Below, piece by piece: positions 32,076 through 45,600 of a stretch of 64,000 bases of DNA. The notes below the pieces were generated by a model, which saw nothing but the letters and a program-made list of their open reading frames with translations, did not search any database and was not told where the DNA came from. Positions within the stretch are counted from its first letter, which is position 1; each line of letters opens with the position of its first letter. A program made the translations under genes and the position numbers. This DNA is from Eledone cirrhosa (taxonomy: Eukaryota): assembly GCA_964016885.1 (NCBI GenBank), contig OZ024748.1, forward strand, positions 25,978,001 through 26,042,000, in the 5' to 3' direction.

Positions 32076-32481
32076 AACGAGTAGGACCCCGACGGCTGAG
32101 CTCAAGCCGTCTCGACGGCTAATTCTGGACTAAATGAAAATTTTTATCCAGGTATATGAATAGCCGAGCTTCTCAGGGGGTAATTCCATATATGGTAAAA
32201 GTGATTGTCACAAGGATTGGTCAAAAGTTTGTTGTTGAGACACATAATTCTATCATGGCAATTTGTGGGAGGAAGGGGTAGCTTAACAAATTGCCATGAT
32301 ATAATTATGTGTCTCAACAACAAACTTTTAACCAATCCTTGTGACAATCACTTTTACCATATATGGAATTACCCCCTGAGAAGCTCGGCTATTCATATAC
32401 CAGGATAAAAATGTTCGTTTAGTCCAGAATTAGCCGTCGAAACGGCTTGAGCTTAGCCGTCGGGGTCCTACTCGTTCCTAT
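32071..32481. repeat. ~410-bp fold-back palindrome (196-bp arms, ~19-nt spacer) with a hammerhead-like fold in each arm (family B)
   Basis: Arms are 32071-32266 and 32286-32481. The right arm reads acccc-CTGAGAA-..cggcta..tagccgtc-GAAA-cggct..agccg-TC-ggggt. Confidence 0.88.
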
Positions 32482-32558
32482 TACCCACTCTACTACCCTA
32501 AGTATTGAGTACTTTGGTGCGTTATGGTCCACCTGGATCCTTACCACATTTCCTTCGT

Positions 32559-32586
<28 letters not shown>

Positions 32587-32589
<3 letters not shown>

Positions 32590-32925
32590 GTTTCTAATTT
32601 AGGCACAAGGCCAGCAATTACCCAGTACATTACTGGTACTTCATTTTATCGACCCCGTAAGGATGAAAGGCAAAGTTAACGTCGGCGGGATTTGAACTCA
32701 GACTGTAAAATGTCATATTGATACTTCGTTTCCTGTTAATTATTATTGGCAGTATTGGTAGGTGGTCGGACGCCATGCTTTAACGTATAGAGTTACGGCC
32801 CTTGCCATTCTGAGTTCAAATCCCGCCAAGGTTAACTTTGCCTTTCATCATTACGGGGTCGATAAAATAAAGTATCAGTAATGCACTGGGTAATTGCTGG
32901 CCTTGTGCCTAAAGTAGAAACAATT
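32587..32925. mobile_element. Head-to-head pair of tRNA-derived SINEs (family 2)
   Basis: The body gagttcaaatcccgcc..actttgcctttcatc..cggggtcgataaaataaagtaccagt..ggccttgtgcc..agaaacaatt occurs in both orientations. Confidence 0.75.
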
Positions 32926-33342
32926 ATTATTATTATTATATAGATACCAAATCTTATCTTCTATGTCGCCCACTCCAAACAAACGGGAGAAGAAAGGTGT
33001 CATAATAGTAAAATATTTTCAACGTACCAATATCGAAAGATAGCCAAATACTTAAGATGAGGATATCCCAAGAATGCACAACGGAATGAGAAAACTCTAC
33101 TGTCATGGTTTGAATAAGGAGTTCAGTTCGATTTTTCGAGAACATTTACGATATATAAGCAAGAGGAACTTGAAGAAACTATTCCCAATAAATTACTCTA
33201 TTGATTATAATCGTTCTTTATCTCAGAAATAAAAAAAAACAAAAACAAAAAATTTAGGATTTCGTTTTTCTTTTACTAGGAACAAAGTTTAAGATTTTTA
33301 ATGTGGAATGGGATGTGGTGGTATTCATACCCCAGTCACGAG

Positions 33343-33998
33343 CAGAGCCGGACTTTCACCTGCTGAGGCCAGAAGCTATTTGAAATTTGAGCCCCTTCTC
33401 TAAAAAACATTTTTAATAATTTATATTAATGTTAAAGAATATATATATATAATTATATATATTGTTATGCTTTAGGAGGGTCATGTTGCCAATAAGAAAC
33501 ACACGCACCAGTTCCTTTCACTTCAATTTATTATAAATTAAATTTATAAATTTAAGAATTTATAAATTTCCGGTTGGTTGGTTCCACAACCAGACGATTG
33601 TTCATATATTGTCAAAGTTCTTTCGTCACACATTCTGTGACCTCTTCAGTGACTGGGATTCTTTTCTTTGTTTTTGTGCCTCTCCTTTGTTCTGTCCTAC
33701 GCCATCAGAACAAAGGAGAGGCACAAAAACAAAGAAAAGAATCCCCAGTCACTGAAGAGGTCACAGAATGTGTGACGAAAGAACTTTGACAATATATGAA
33801 CAATCGTCTGGTTGTGGAACCAACGAACCAACCGGAAATTTATAAATTCTTAAATTTATAAATTTAATTTATAATAAATTGAAGTGAAAGCAACGTGCGT
33901 GTGTTTCTTATTGGCAACATGACCCTCCCAAAGCATAACAATATCGGATTCAACACACGTTTTCAGATAAACAATGTTGCTAAACAAATTCAGAAACG

Positions 33999-34070
<72 letters not shown>

Positions 34071-34184
34071 TATAATTTAGTGTTAAAAGATCAAAACTAT
34101 TGATAGAATGAAAATATATTTTTTTTAATGAGGCCCCCGAGGGTGTGTGGCCTAAGTTATGGCTTATAGGTAAATCCAGTACTA
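33343..34184. mobile_element. hAT-like MITE containing a nested fold-back of family C
   Basis: Degenerate TIRs cagagccggactt / aaatccagtacta, flanked by 8-bp gtcacgag / gtcacgaa (putative TSD). Confidence 0.5.
33460..33943. repeat. Fold-back palindrome of a PLE1-type 3' repeat (~235-bp arms, 11-nt spacer) with hammerheads at ~33611-33655 (-) and ~33747-33790 (+)
   Basis: The arms are reverse complements and homologous to 19013-19255. The right arm continues to the element end and (TA)n at ~34000. Confidence 0.9.
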
Positions 34185-34537
34185 GTCACGAATCACGAAT
34201 ATTATAAATGTACGTGAAGAAAATTAATGTATGTGAAAAAATAATACGTATGAAAAATTAATGTATGTGAAAAATATATGTATAAAAAATTAATGTATGT
34301 GAAAAATATAATATGTATGAAAAATTAATGTTTGTGAAAAAAATAATAGTTTCGAAGGGGAATCGAAACCCTATTGTCAACTCTACTGGCTGGGAGTTTT
34401 GTATTTTACATTATTTAAAAAACAACAACAAAAAAAACTACAACACAGCCAGAAAGACTGTCAACGTGCCAAACACGAGTCACGAATTAAAGAACAGAGG
34501 CATGATATATCTAAAACAATAAATCTGTATCAACACC

Positions 34538-34645
34538 ATTCCGCCGAGGTTAACTTTGCCTTTCATCCTTACGGGGTCGATAAAATAAAGTACCAGTAAT
34601 ACACTGAGATAATTGCTGACCTTGTGCCAAAAGTAGAAACAATTA
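34538..34645 (+). mobile_element. SINE family 2 fragment; other copies at ~40695-40870, 53760-53890, 55688-55785, 55895-56175, 56608-56728, 60180-60365, 60465-60635, 60890-60990 and 61655-61715
   Basis: Shared core gcctttcatccttacggggtcgataaaataaagtaccag. Confidence 0.75.
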
Positions 34646-36812
34646 TCTTTTTAATTTCCTACTAAGGTTCGTTCGTTAAGCCGACTGACTACCTGCATGA
34701 TTTAAAGTCAACATAATTCAACGACTAGACGTATACTAATAATGCACACACACAAATAAGACCTAGACCTTGTACTTTGATAGTAAAGCAATTAAACAAG
34801 AGTAAGGGAGATATATATTATGTAAATGTTCATTCATGAAATCTCGACACGAGAGAAACAACCAACCAACAGGTTTCTGTGTCATTCCTAAATTGTGTAT
34901 GTTTACAGTAAGTGTCCATTTCAAAAGAAAGCTGTGACCGAATAACAATGAAACCGAGGCTGGTTCCTTTCCCTTCCGCCCCGCCTCCTCCTCCTCTCAT
35001 TGCTACTCCTTCCTTCTGTCGTATTGTTGTCTTTTCAAGTGCTGTCTGAGATATACTACTGATGAGATCGTCTCACTGAGAAAAAAGGCAACCACGGTTT
35101 TTATTCTAAAACAAGCAGGTGAAACGATGGCATCAGAAGCCGAAGAAGACCCACCATTTCGCTATAAGTTTCCTTTATCGAACGTTCCACGACTTCCCTA
35201 CGACAATCCCCAAGCACAGAGATTGATATCCGCACAGGTAAATATTTAAAACAATCTAAAAAATGGCATTTCATTATTTTTCTCACTATTTCATTTGACT
35301 TTAAAAAGCAGTAGTAGTAGAAAAAAGTATAAATAGTTCCGGTTAACTAGTAAACATGCTGACAGTTCACTCTTATTAAATTACTATTTCTACAATTAGA
35401 CAACAATTACGAAATAGCTACTGCGATTTTCATCTTTTATACATGCACTTTGTTATTGACCGGTTTTTAATTTAAACTTAAATAATTTTAATGTGATTCT
35501 TTCACACAGAATCATTTCTGTTTTACTTAAATTTACAACGATCTCAATAAATTACGCTGTTGCTTCGAGAGAAAGCTACGTGATGTTCAATGGTTATGAA
35601 AGTTGTTTAAAAACGGAAATTAATTATCTTTTTCCTCAATCATTCCCTGATATTTTGGAACGTTTCCAGAATAGAAACACACTGCCTCAAATGAGATTTA
35701 TTTTGCTTTAATTTCACTTAACTATTTCTTTGCCTTTTTCTCATTATCACCGAAATCAATGGATATTTCTTATTCGCCTTCTCTCTATTTCTTTAAGTAT
35801 TTCTGAACTAGCCACTTCGTTAAATTTCTTCCTTGTAAACTAAACTTTTATCAGTAAATTTAGCTTTCGTTTTCATCTAAACAGTTGTCTAATAGTGGTC
35901 CTGTATTTAATCTTGAAGGAGTTTCTGCCTGTTTGATGGGAGGGTGGGGTGATATTTTATAAAATGAGTAGGGTTAAAAACATGATGCAGTGGGATACTC
36001 GTCCACATCCATTTGGCCATCTCTGACCACCTTCATTTTCCATCATACTACTATTTACCAAAGATTTGTAAACATTCCCATACATGCATACACACTTCCT
36101 ACAACTTGTTTTATTTATTAGGACGAGTGACTTCCTTTTTATTTAGCTTTTTGCATTCGTTTCAATTGAGATTTATTTAATTTGAAAGATTAATTGTGTG
36201 TGTCTATCCCACAACATTTAAAATGATGTTTCTCTGATCTGTTATAGACCAATCAACACCACATCACCGTTAACTCCTACACACTGTATATCTGTTTGGG
36301 ACATCTTATGAAAATGTCAAGCTAATTTTGGACTGCAACATCATTATATATTTATGTATGTGTGTCCATTTATAAACATATAAACACTAGCCCTACTAAC
36401 AAACAATAACATTGGAATAGGATTTAAATGAAAGCAGTATATCAAGTTACAGGCAAACGACTCAAAAGGCAATGGTTGAATTTGTATAACAATTTAAATC
36501 CTTCAATTTATTGTTATTCTATTAAAGTCAACGCTGGAGATTTTCGTTTATGGAGCTGTTAAGAGTGTATTTAACAGCGCGGTGCTGGTAGTTGTGATGA
36601 TGCTAAATGTAAACAAGAGAAGTATTTCCAATACTTTAGATATTACAGCTAGTAGCTGTAGTCGTAGCACAGTTCAGCATGCTACATAAACAAACAAACA
36701 CAGACAGACACACACACATATATATGCAAATGTGCGCGCGTGTATATAAATATGTATACGTGTGGATGAGTATGTATATATATCTACATATGTATATATG
36801 TGTGTATATGTA

Positions 36813-39810
36813 TATCTATCTATCTAGGACGGGTAAAATTGGCGAGATATATGGACGAGTTCTCTCCAGCGGTCTCTGTCCCTCATTATCGCTGACATGT
36901 CCTGCGTCTCCAACAGACCAGTGTCTGTCCTTAGGGCATCAACATATGTTAACCTTGGTATTCCTCTTCCAGTGTGTCCATGAAGGGGCTCGCTCCCACA
37001 GGAGCACTGAGTGCAGTGTCAACTCTGGATGTCGGTGAGCATGTCCAGCTAATCTCAGTCTTCTCTGTGTCATTTTTGAGCTGACTTTTGGGAAGCTCCC
37101 ATACAGCTCTGAGTTTTTCATCCTCAGTGTATACTGATTAATGTTCAGAGCCATCCTCAGCAATCTCGTGTAGCACCCATCCACCATCTGAGTGAGTTTC
37201 TTGGTCAGTGTCCAAGTCTCAGACCCGTACAGCAGCACAGAATCCACTGCAGCAATGAAGAGGCGGATCTTCAGGTCTTTACGAAGGTCCGATTTCCACA
37301 CCGATCTCAAACTGTGGCACGCTCTTCCTCTCAACCACATCATCTTCCGTATTCCCAATCTCTGCTCCCAAATACAGGAAGTCCTCAATTAGTTCCAGCG
37401 GTTTCCCGCCTACATTAATAACCCCTCTGGCTTCTCAACATTCTCTACCAGATATTTTGTCTTAGTCTCATTCATTCTCAGCCTCACACTCATCGACACA
37501 GTCTCAACTTCCTGCATCAAATCCTCTGCCTCCTTCACTGTATTTGTCACCAAAACTATGTCGTCGGCAAATTCAGCAGCCTATATCTTTTTCGCCTTAA
37601 CTCTCCTGCTCTGAGCCGGTGTTACAGTAAAGCCAGAGTCCTGGTGTTTCTCCTGTGCAAGGCGCATACAATAGTCCACTACGATGATAAAAAGGTAGGA
37701 AGCCAATGTATCTCCCTAGAGCACTCCAGCCAGTATCTCAAAGAACTCTGTCATCCCATCAGGTGTAATGACTTGGGCTTTGGTGTTGGTGTAGAGCAGT
37801 GATATCAGATCCACTATCTTCTTGGGGATTCCATAAGCCTGTAAGATCTTCATCAGGCAGTGACGGTCCACAGAATCAAAGGCCTTCCTAAAGTCAATGA
37901 AAACCATGACCACAGGAAGGCACTTTGCTCTAGCTCCTTCTAATATCCTCCTCAGCATCAGGATGTGACTGGTGGTTGATCTTCCCTCTCTGAATCTGTT
38001 CTGGTTGTCCCTGAGCTTCTTCTCCATCTCGGGCTGGATCCTGTTAAGAATCATCCTATTGAGGGTCTTTGCCACAAGTGACGTCAGTGAGATCTCCCTG
38101 TAGTTGTTGGTGTTAGAGAGATCTCCCTTCTTTGGCACTGGGACGATGTTACTGATCATCCACTGATTCGGGGCAACTCCCTCTCCAGTGCCTGGTTACA
38201 GAAGCCCAGGATGATATCATCAAAATTACACCTCTTCATCATCTCTGATACCACTCCATCTTCTCCATGAGCCTTGCCCTCTTTGATCTTTTTCTTGGCT
38301 CTCTGAAGTTCCTCTCTGTCTCAATATCCAGTTCTTCAAACAGCCGCCTGATCTCCCCAGTGTTCTGGGCTGTGGAGGGCGGCTTTCTTAGTACGGTCCT
38401 AAAATGGTCTAGCCATTTCCCCTTCCTATCCTCGGGCCCTGTTCCTTGGATCTGACTTGAACACCTTCTCCTCTTCCCTGTGATCTCGTTGATGATCATC
38501 CAGCTCTCCTTATATCCAGACCTGTCAACCGCTCTCTCCACACTTCTGATCTTCTCTATCAGTGCCTCCTCTCTGGCCTCAGTGTAAGCGGTACAGAGTT
38601 CTTTCCTCATCACTTCCACATTCTCCTTCCTCTCCTCTGTAGGATCAGCATAGGATTGGTCCTTGGTAGCTTTCAGGTGTTCTCTGGCTGCACACACTTT
38701 TGGGTCTGCAGAGCTGACGTGCTTCCTTTTGTTCTTTCTCCTCGGCACCAGGGTCTCACTTGCTTCCGCCACTGCGCTGGTGAAGTACCCGTACCTCTTC
38801 GTGACACTCTCCTCAGTCCATCCAATCTCTCTCTCCTCTGTCTCTCCACACAGAGCACTGAACTTGTTCCTCACTTCCACTGTGAACCTCTCCTGTAGCT
38901 TATCATCTTCCTTGAAAGCTCCCCAGTCATAGATTGCTCTCCGCGGCCGAGCCTTTCTCTTTCTTAAGCTCACCCGGACCTCACTCATAACAAGCCGGTG
39001 GTCATTACCCAGTGTACTGAAATAGTTGTATGGTTCTGTGTTCAGAACACTATTCCGCCACTTTTTCCTCACCAGAATGAAATCAATCTGGGACTTGGAC
39101 AGGTGCATATCTGAGATGTAGCCCAACATCTTCCCTGGATTCTTCCTAAACCTTAGGTTGGTCGCTATCAAGTTTGCCTCCAGCAGGGTGTCTCTCAGTA
39201 GTCTTCCATTTCGGTTGGTGTTGTTATGAAAGTACCAGCAAGGATCTTCACTGGCCTCCTTACTCAGATGTGCATTGAAGTCCCCCAGAACAAGCAGGAT
39301 GTTGTGTGGTGTTGACAGCTCTACACACCTACTCATGGAACTCTTCCGCACTCACATCACTGTCTCCCTCGGTTGGACTATAGGCTGAGATGACTGTCAG
39401 TTTCCATTGAAGGTCACCCTCAACATTCGCAGGGAGACAGGCATTATTTCCCTCACCAATAGACTGGTTTTTGTGCTGAAAACAAAACCCACTCCCCCTA
39501 CTGCAGCATTGGTCATGTTTCTCACTGCCAATGTGGTGATGAGCTGGCTCCTCTTCCCAATCATGACACTCTTCATTGGCTCATCGTGTAGGATCCTGTG
39601 TTCTTGGACCACAAGTATCTGTATACCACTCTCCTCGAACAGATGACCAAACTCCTCTCTTCTCCAGCGTCCGAATAGTCCTCACATTCAAAGTGCCCAT
39701 TTTGATGGCTCTTCTGCAGGACAAAACTGCATTCTTTATATATGTCTTAGAGACAGCTGATCCATCATCCACTGGCCCACCCTGTGGCTCTAAGCCAACA
39801 GAGTCATAAC
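36813..39810 (-). mobile_element. Near-full-length decayed RTE/RTEX-type LINE
   Basis: APE motifs MGTLNVRT, QEHR, GGVGF, LGDFNAH and SQIDFILV. RT motifs PVPKKGDLS..NYREISL, FIDFRKAFDSV, GVL*GDTLA and FADD. C-terminal LLYGSETW and RRLRLAGH. Many frameshifts, and a short (TAGA)n tail. Confidence 0.88.
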
Positions 39811-40027
39811 GACAATACCTTACCGGCGCCACTTAATGGTTCAAGTTTTTCTTGGATAGAAAAACTTGAACCATTAAGGTATCTTTTCTTGGTTATGTCA
39901 AAATTTATAAAACAAACTTTGTATTTTATCTGATGAAAGCGTACCAAAGTTTTGGTACCCTTGAAATATATATAATAGAATAAATATGGTTTTATAAATA
40001 TAGTTTCCATTTATTTAATATCATTGA
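39811..40027 (+). mobile_element. Family A hammerhead element (ribozyme at 39922-39982)
   Basis: Copy of 14136-14352; reads tattttat-CTGATGA-aagcgtacca..tggtaccctt-GAAA-tatata-TA-atagaata. Confidence 0.78.
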
Positions 40028-40085
<58 letters not shown>

Positions 40086-40091
<6 letters not shown>

Positions 40092-40364
40092 ATATTAAAT
40101 AAATGGAAACTATATTTATTCTATATTTATTATATATATTTCAAGGGTACCAAAACTTTGTACGCTATCATCAGATAAAATACAAAGTTTGTTTTATAAA
40201 TGTTGACATAACCAAGAAAAGATACCTTAACGGTTAAGTTTTTCTTGGATAGTCAGTTTATTTAATATCATTGAATATTATACTCCAGAAAACTTGTCGA
40301 GTGCTCTGAATCAGTTATAAACATTTATATTTGTTGAATTACCAACAAATTGAATATCCTTTTG

Positions 40365-40414
<50 letters not shown>

Positions 40415-40496
40415 GAGATTCAGGACCCCGACGGCTGAGCTCCGGCCGTTTTGACAGCTAGAACTTTTAGTTCGGATCTAGCTGTCGAAACGGCCA
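40086..40496 (-). repeat. Composite module (family A + spacer + (TA)n + family B half-hammerhead hairpin), duplicated in inverse orientation at 58450-58840
   Basis: Colinear reverse-complement match across all internal junctions. Confidence 0.85.
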
Positions 40497-41747
40497 TATC
40501 ACCTGCCATACCCTTACCAACCTGTAATGATACCAACACGACCAAACCGGGCGATGACCTAAGGCGCTAAAACCTTGTGGAGGGTGGGTGTATAACATAT
40601 AGACTTCTGAACAACAAAGATGAAATGTCTTTACCCTTTCATTACCATATTTCTAATGAATTATTTCATCCTGAATTATTTAATTATTGATTTTTATTTA
40701 GGCACTGGGCCAGAAAATTTAGGGGGAAATGGAAAGTCAACCCCAGTACTTAATTGGTACTTTATTTTATCAATCCCGGAAGGATGGAAGGCAAAGTTGA
40801 TCTCAGCGAGATTTGAACTCGAAATGTAGAAAGACGTTAACTACATACCGCAAATACCGATACTGCCAACCCACCACCCTAATTAATTATTTAATTTTGA
40901 AGATGGTATTTGTGACGTAAGATAAGAAAAGGTTCTCACATATCAATTTACGTTGAAAAATGTTAATTTAAGTAGGAACATTTTACAATCGGTAGTTTTG
41001 TTTTATAAAACCAAAACCAGTTTTGGGCGGGTTGATATCAAAAGGGTTAATCTAACTAGAAATACAAAATTGTAATAAAGAGAACAGGTGTAGTTGGTCA
41101 CACCCAAAAACAGAGGTAGATGGAGGACAGGGGTTTAGGTGTGAGTGAGGAGACGAGAGGTTGGTATGGTGTAATGACCTGTTACACAATTTTGCGAGAG
41201 ATTTCAAAAGTTGTCAGATAACAAATTGTGCTTGGTGATAAAACTATAGATTTCTTGTTTGCAAGTTGATTAGAATATTTTAGACTGCACTGTAAGGCGG
41301 GTGATGGCTGGGTGAAGTAGAAGAAAATGCTGAAGAAGAAGGCACGCATTCTATGATTAGCCTAGGGCGCTAATTACCATGGTGTCCGCACCGACTAATT
41401 CATCCTTCTCTAACCATTTGATAATTAAAAAAAAAATACTGTATATACTTAAATATGTCTTTGTATTTATAATATTTTGAACTGAGATTTTGATCCGTTC
41501 ATAAATCGCATACTGCCTTTCGTAAATACTATTTGCGACTTGCGTGTGCATTAATTTTTTTTTAATGCTAAAATAATCCCAATCGTTGCTAATATATACA
41601 GTATAGCAAAGTCCTGGAGTCGTAGATACAACAATGTGTTTCTATGTTCTCTACCCGGAATAAACATGTTAATCAGGGCTTTTAAATCGTCACTCCTGAT
41701 TAATTGACAATATATATGAAATATTTGGCATTAAGATTTTTGCTGGC

Positions 41748-41894
41748 CAAAGGAGCCTGGACGCAGTTGACTTCTCATCACAACTGGAGCCAGCAGGCCT
41801 TGACCGTGGAGACGACAAGTGCCCCGATGGAATTACCCTCTTCCCATTGAAAAGAAGTAGATCCCTCTTCTGAGACACCACATGTTGTGACAGC
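41748..41894 (+). pseudogene. Relic of the restriction-like endonuclease of a CRE-type non-LTR retrotransposon
   Basis: Manual translation gives QRSLDAVDFSSQLEPAGLDRGDDKCPDGITLFPLKRSRSLF*DTTCCDS, resembling LEP.GL.R.DGKRPDG.T..P...G..L.WD.TC.D. Confidence 0.6.
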
Positions 41895-42620
41895 CCAATT
41901 CCGCGGCGCCCTAGGCCTAGAGCCCATCGCCCTCCACTTCCCCCCATTCTTCTGTGACACTAGAGCCCTTGCCTTTCCCTTCCTTTTCCGTTTTTTATAT
42001 TTTCTTATTTTATATTCCATTCGTTCTTCTCAATTTATTTATTTACGTTTTACTATAAATATAATATCACTATTGAGAGCTGTAATAGGAACAAGTAAGA
42101 CCCCGACGGCTGAGCTCAAGCCGTTTCGACGGCTAATTATTGAGAGCTGTATATATTTTTACTTGCAGAGTGTTTATAGACTGTATAATGGCAGAGACCT
42201 GTTTGTTTGGTAGCAGAATCGAATCGAATTAATTAATTTTTTTTTTATCATCAAAGTATATTTGTTTACAACCCCCAATATTCATACAACCCGAGTTGTA
42301 AACATGACCAACCTATCCCACATTCTCAATCATGTACTAGTGTATGTGTTAGTACATGCTGCGAATGTCAAGCCCCAATTTCAGTAGATAAGTTGTACGC
42401 GGTTTTCGCGCCTGTGTGAGTGTGTGTTTTAGTTTAATATTGAAAAAAAAAAGAAAAAAAAACACAGTGATTTATCTACAAGTCTGTACAGACTTAGCTA
42501 CAAGTATATGTGAGTTGGGTTGCTGATAATGAGTTTATATCATTTTTCGGACTTCATATTGAGGAACGGAAAAAAATGCTTATACTACATCCGATTGTCA
42601 TCAGCTATCTTATTCTTCTT

Positions 42621-45600
42621 GGATGTGTACACTGTACTAGAATGTATGTATACTCTAGTAGATGTACACTGTACTAGAATGTATGTATACTATAGTAGAT
42701 GTACACTGTACTAGAATGTATGTATACTGTAGTAGATGTACACTGTACTAGAATGTATGTATACTGTATTAGATGTACACTGTACTAGAATGTATGTATA
42801 CTGTATTAGATGTACACTGTACTAGAATGTATGTATACTGTACTAGAATGTATGTATACTGTATTAGATGTACACTGTACTAGAATGTATGTATACTGTA
42901 TTAGATGTACACTGTACTAGAATGTATGTATACTGTATTAGATGTACACTGTACTAGAATGTATGTATACTGTATTAGATGTACACTGTAGTAGGATGTA
43001 TGTATACTGTATTAGATGTACACTGTACTAGAATGTATGTATACTGTATTAGATGTACACTGTACTAGAATGTATGTATACTGTATTAGATGTACACTGT
43101 ACTAGAATGTATGTATACTGTATTAGATGTACACTGTACTAGAATGTATGTATACTGTATTAGATGTACACTGTACTAGAATGTATGTATACTGTATTAG
43201 ATGTACACTGTACTAGAATGTATGTATACTGTAGTAGATGTACACTGTACTAGAATGTATGTATACTGTAGTAGATGTACACTGTACTAGAATGTATGTA
43301 TACTGTATTAGATGTACACTGTACTAGAATGTATGTATACTGTAGTAGATGTACACTGTACTAGAATGTATGTATACTGTATTAGATGTACACTGTACTA
43401 GAATGTATGTATACTGTATTAGATGTACACTGTACTAGAATGTATGTATACTGTATTAGATGTACACTGTACTAGAATGTATGTATACTGTAGTAGATGT
43501 ACACTGTACTAGAATGTATGTATACTGTATTAGATGTACACTGTACTAGAATGTATGTATACTGTAGTAGATGTACACTGTACTAGAATGTATGTATACT
43601 GTATTAGATGTACACTGTACTAGAATGTATGTATACTGTATTAGATGTACACTGTACTAGAATGTATGTATACTGTAGTAGATGTACACTGTACTAGAAT
43701 GTATGTATACTGTATTAGATGTACACTGTACTAGAATGTATGTATACTGTAGTAGATGTACACTGTACTAGAATGTATGTATACTGTATTAGATGTACAC
43801 TGTACTAGAATGTATGTATACTGTATTAGATGTACACTGTACTAGAATGTATGTATACTGTATTAGATGTACACTGTACTAGAATGTATGTATACTGTAG
43901 TAGATGTACACTGTACTAGAATGTATGTATACTGTATTAGATGTACACTGTACTAGAATGTATGTATACTGTAGTAGATGTACACTGTACTAGAATGTAT
44001 GTATACTGTAGTAGATGTACACTGTACTAGAATGTATGTATACTGTATTAGATGTACACTGTACTAGAATGTATGTATACTGTATTAGATGTACACTGTA
44101 CTAGAATGTATGTATACTGTATTAGATGTACACTGTACTAGAATGTATGTATACTGTATTAGATGTACACTGTACTAGAATGTATGTATACTGTATTAGA
44201 TGTACACTGTACTAGAATGTATGTATACTGTATTAGATGTACACTGTACTAGAATGTATGTATACTGTATTAGATGTACACTGTACTAGAATGTATGTAT
44301 ACAGTATTAGATGTACACTGTAGTAGAATGTATGTATACTGTAGTAGATGTACACTGTACTAGAATGTATGTATACTGTAGTAGATGTACACTGTACTAG
44401 AATGTATGTATACTGTAGTAGATGTACACTGTACTAGAATGTATGTATACTGTATTAGATGTACACTGTACTAGAATGTATGTATACTGTAGTAGATGTA
44501 CACTGTACTAGAATGTATGTATACTGTATTAGATGTACACTGTACTAGAATGTATGTATACTGTATTAGATGTACACTGTACTAGAATGTATGTATACTG
44601 TAGTAGATGTACACTGTACTAGAATGTATGTATACTGTAGTAGATGTACACTGTACTAGAATGTATGTATACTGTAGTAGATGTACACTGTACTAGAATG
44701 TATGTATACTGTAGTAGATGTACACTGTACTAGAATGTATGTATACTGTAGTAGATGTACACTGTACTAGAATGTATGTATACTGTATTAGATGTACACT
44801 GTACTAGAATGTATGTATACTGTAGTAGATGTACACTGTAGTAGAATGTATGTATACTGTATTAGATGTACACTGTACTAGAATGTATGTATACTGTATT
44901 AGATGTACACTGTACTAGAATGTATGTATACTGTAGTAGATGTACACTGTACTAGAATGTATGTATACTGTATTAGATGTACACTGTACTAGAATGTATG
45001 TATACTGTATTAGATGTACACTGTACTAGAATGTATGTATACTGTATTAGATGTACACTGTACTAGAATGTATGTATACTGTATTAGATGTACACTGTAC
45101 TAGAATGTATGTATACTGTATTAGATGTACACTGTACTAGAATGTATGTATACTGTATTAGATGTACACTGTACTAGAATGTATGTATACTGTAGTAGAT
45201 GTACACTGTACTAGAATGTATGTATACTGTATTAGATGTACACTGTACTAGAATGTATGTATACTGTAGTAGATGTACACTGTACTAGAATGTATGTATA
45301 CTGTATTAGATGTACACTGTACTAGAATGTATGTATACTGTAGTAGATGTACACTGTACTAGAATGTATGTATACTGTATTAGATGTACACTGTACTAGA
45401 ATGTATGTATACTGTAGTAGATGTACACTGTACTAGAATGTATGTATACTGTATTAGATGTACACTGTACTAGAATGTATGTATACTGTATTAGATGTAC
45501 ACTGTACTAGAATGTATGTATACTGTATTAGATGTACACTGTACTAGAATGTATGTATACTGTATTAGATGTACACTGTACTAGAATGTATGTATACTGT

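Noticed and set aside
32144-32408. Mirror-image ORF pairs (32144/32205, 19149/24184, 28003/30251)
   Set aside because: These are by-products of inverted repeats, with no protein motifs.
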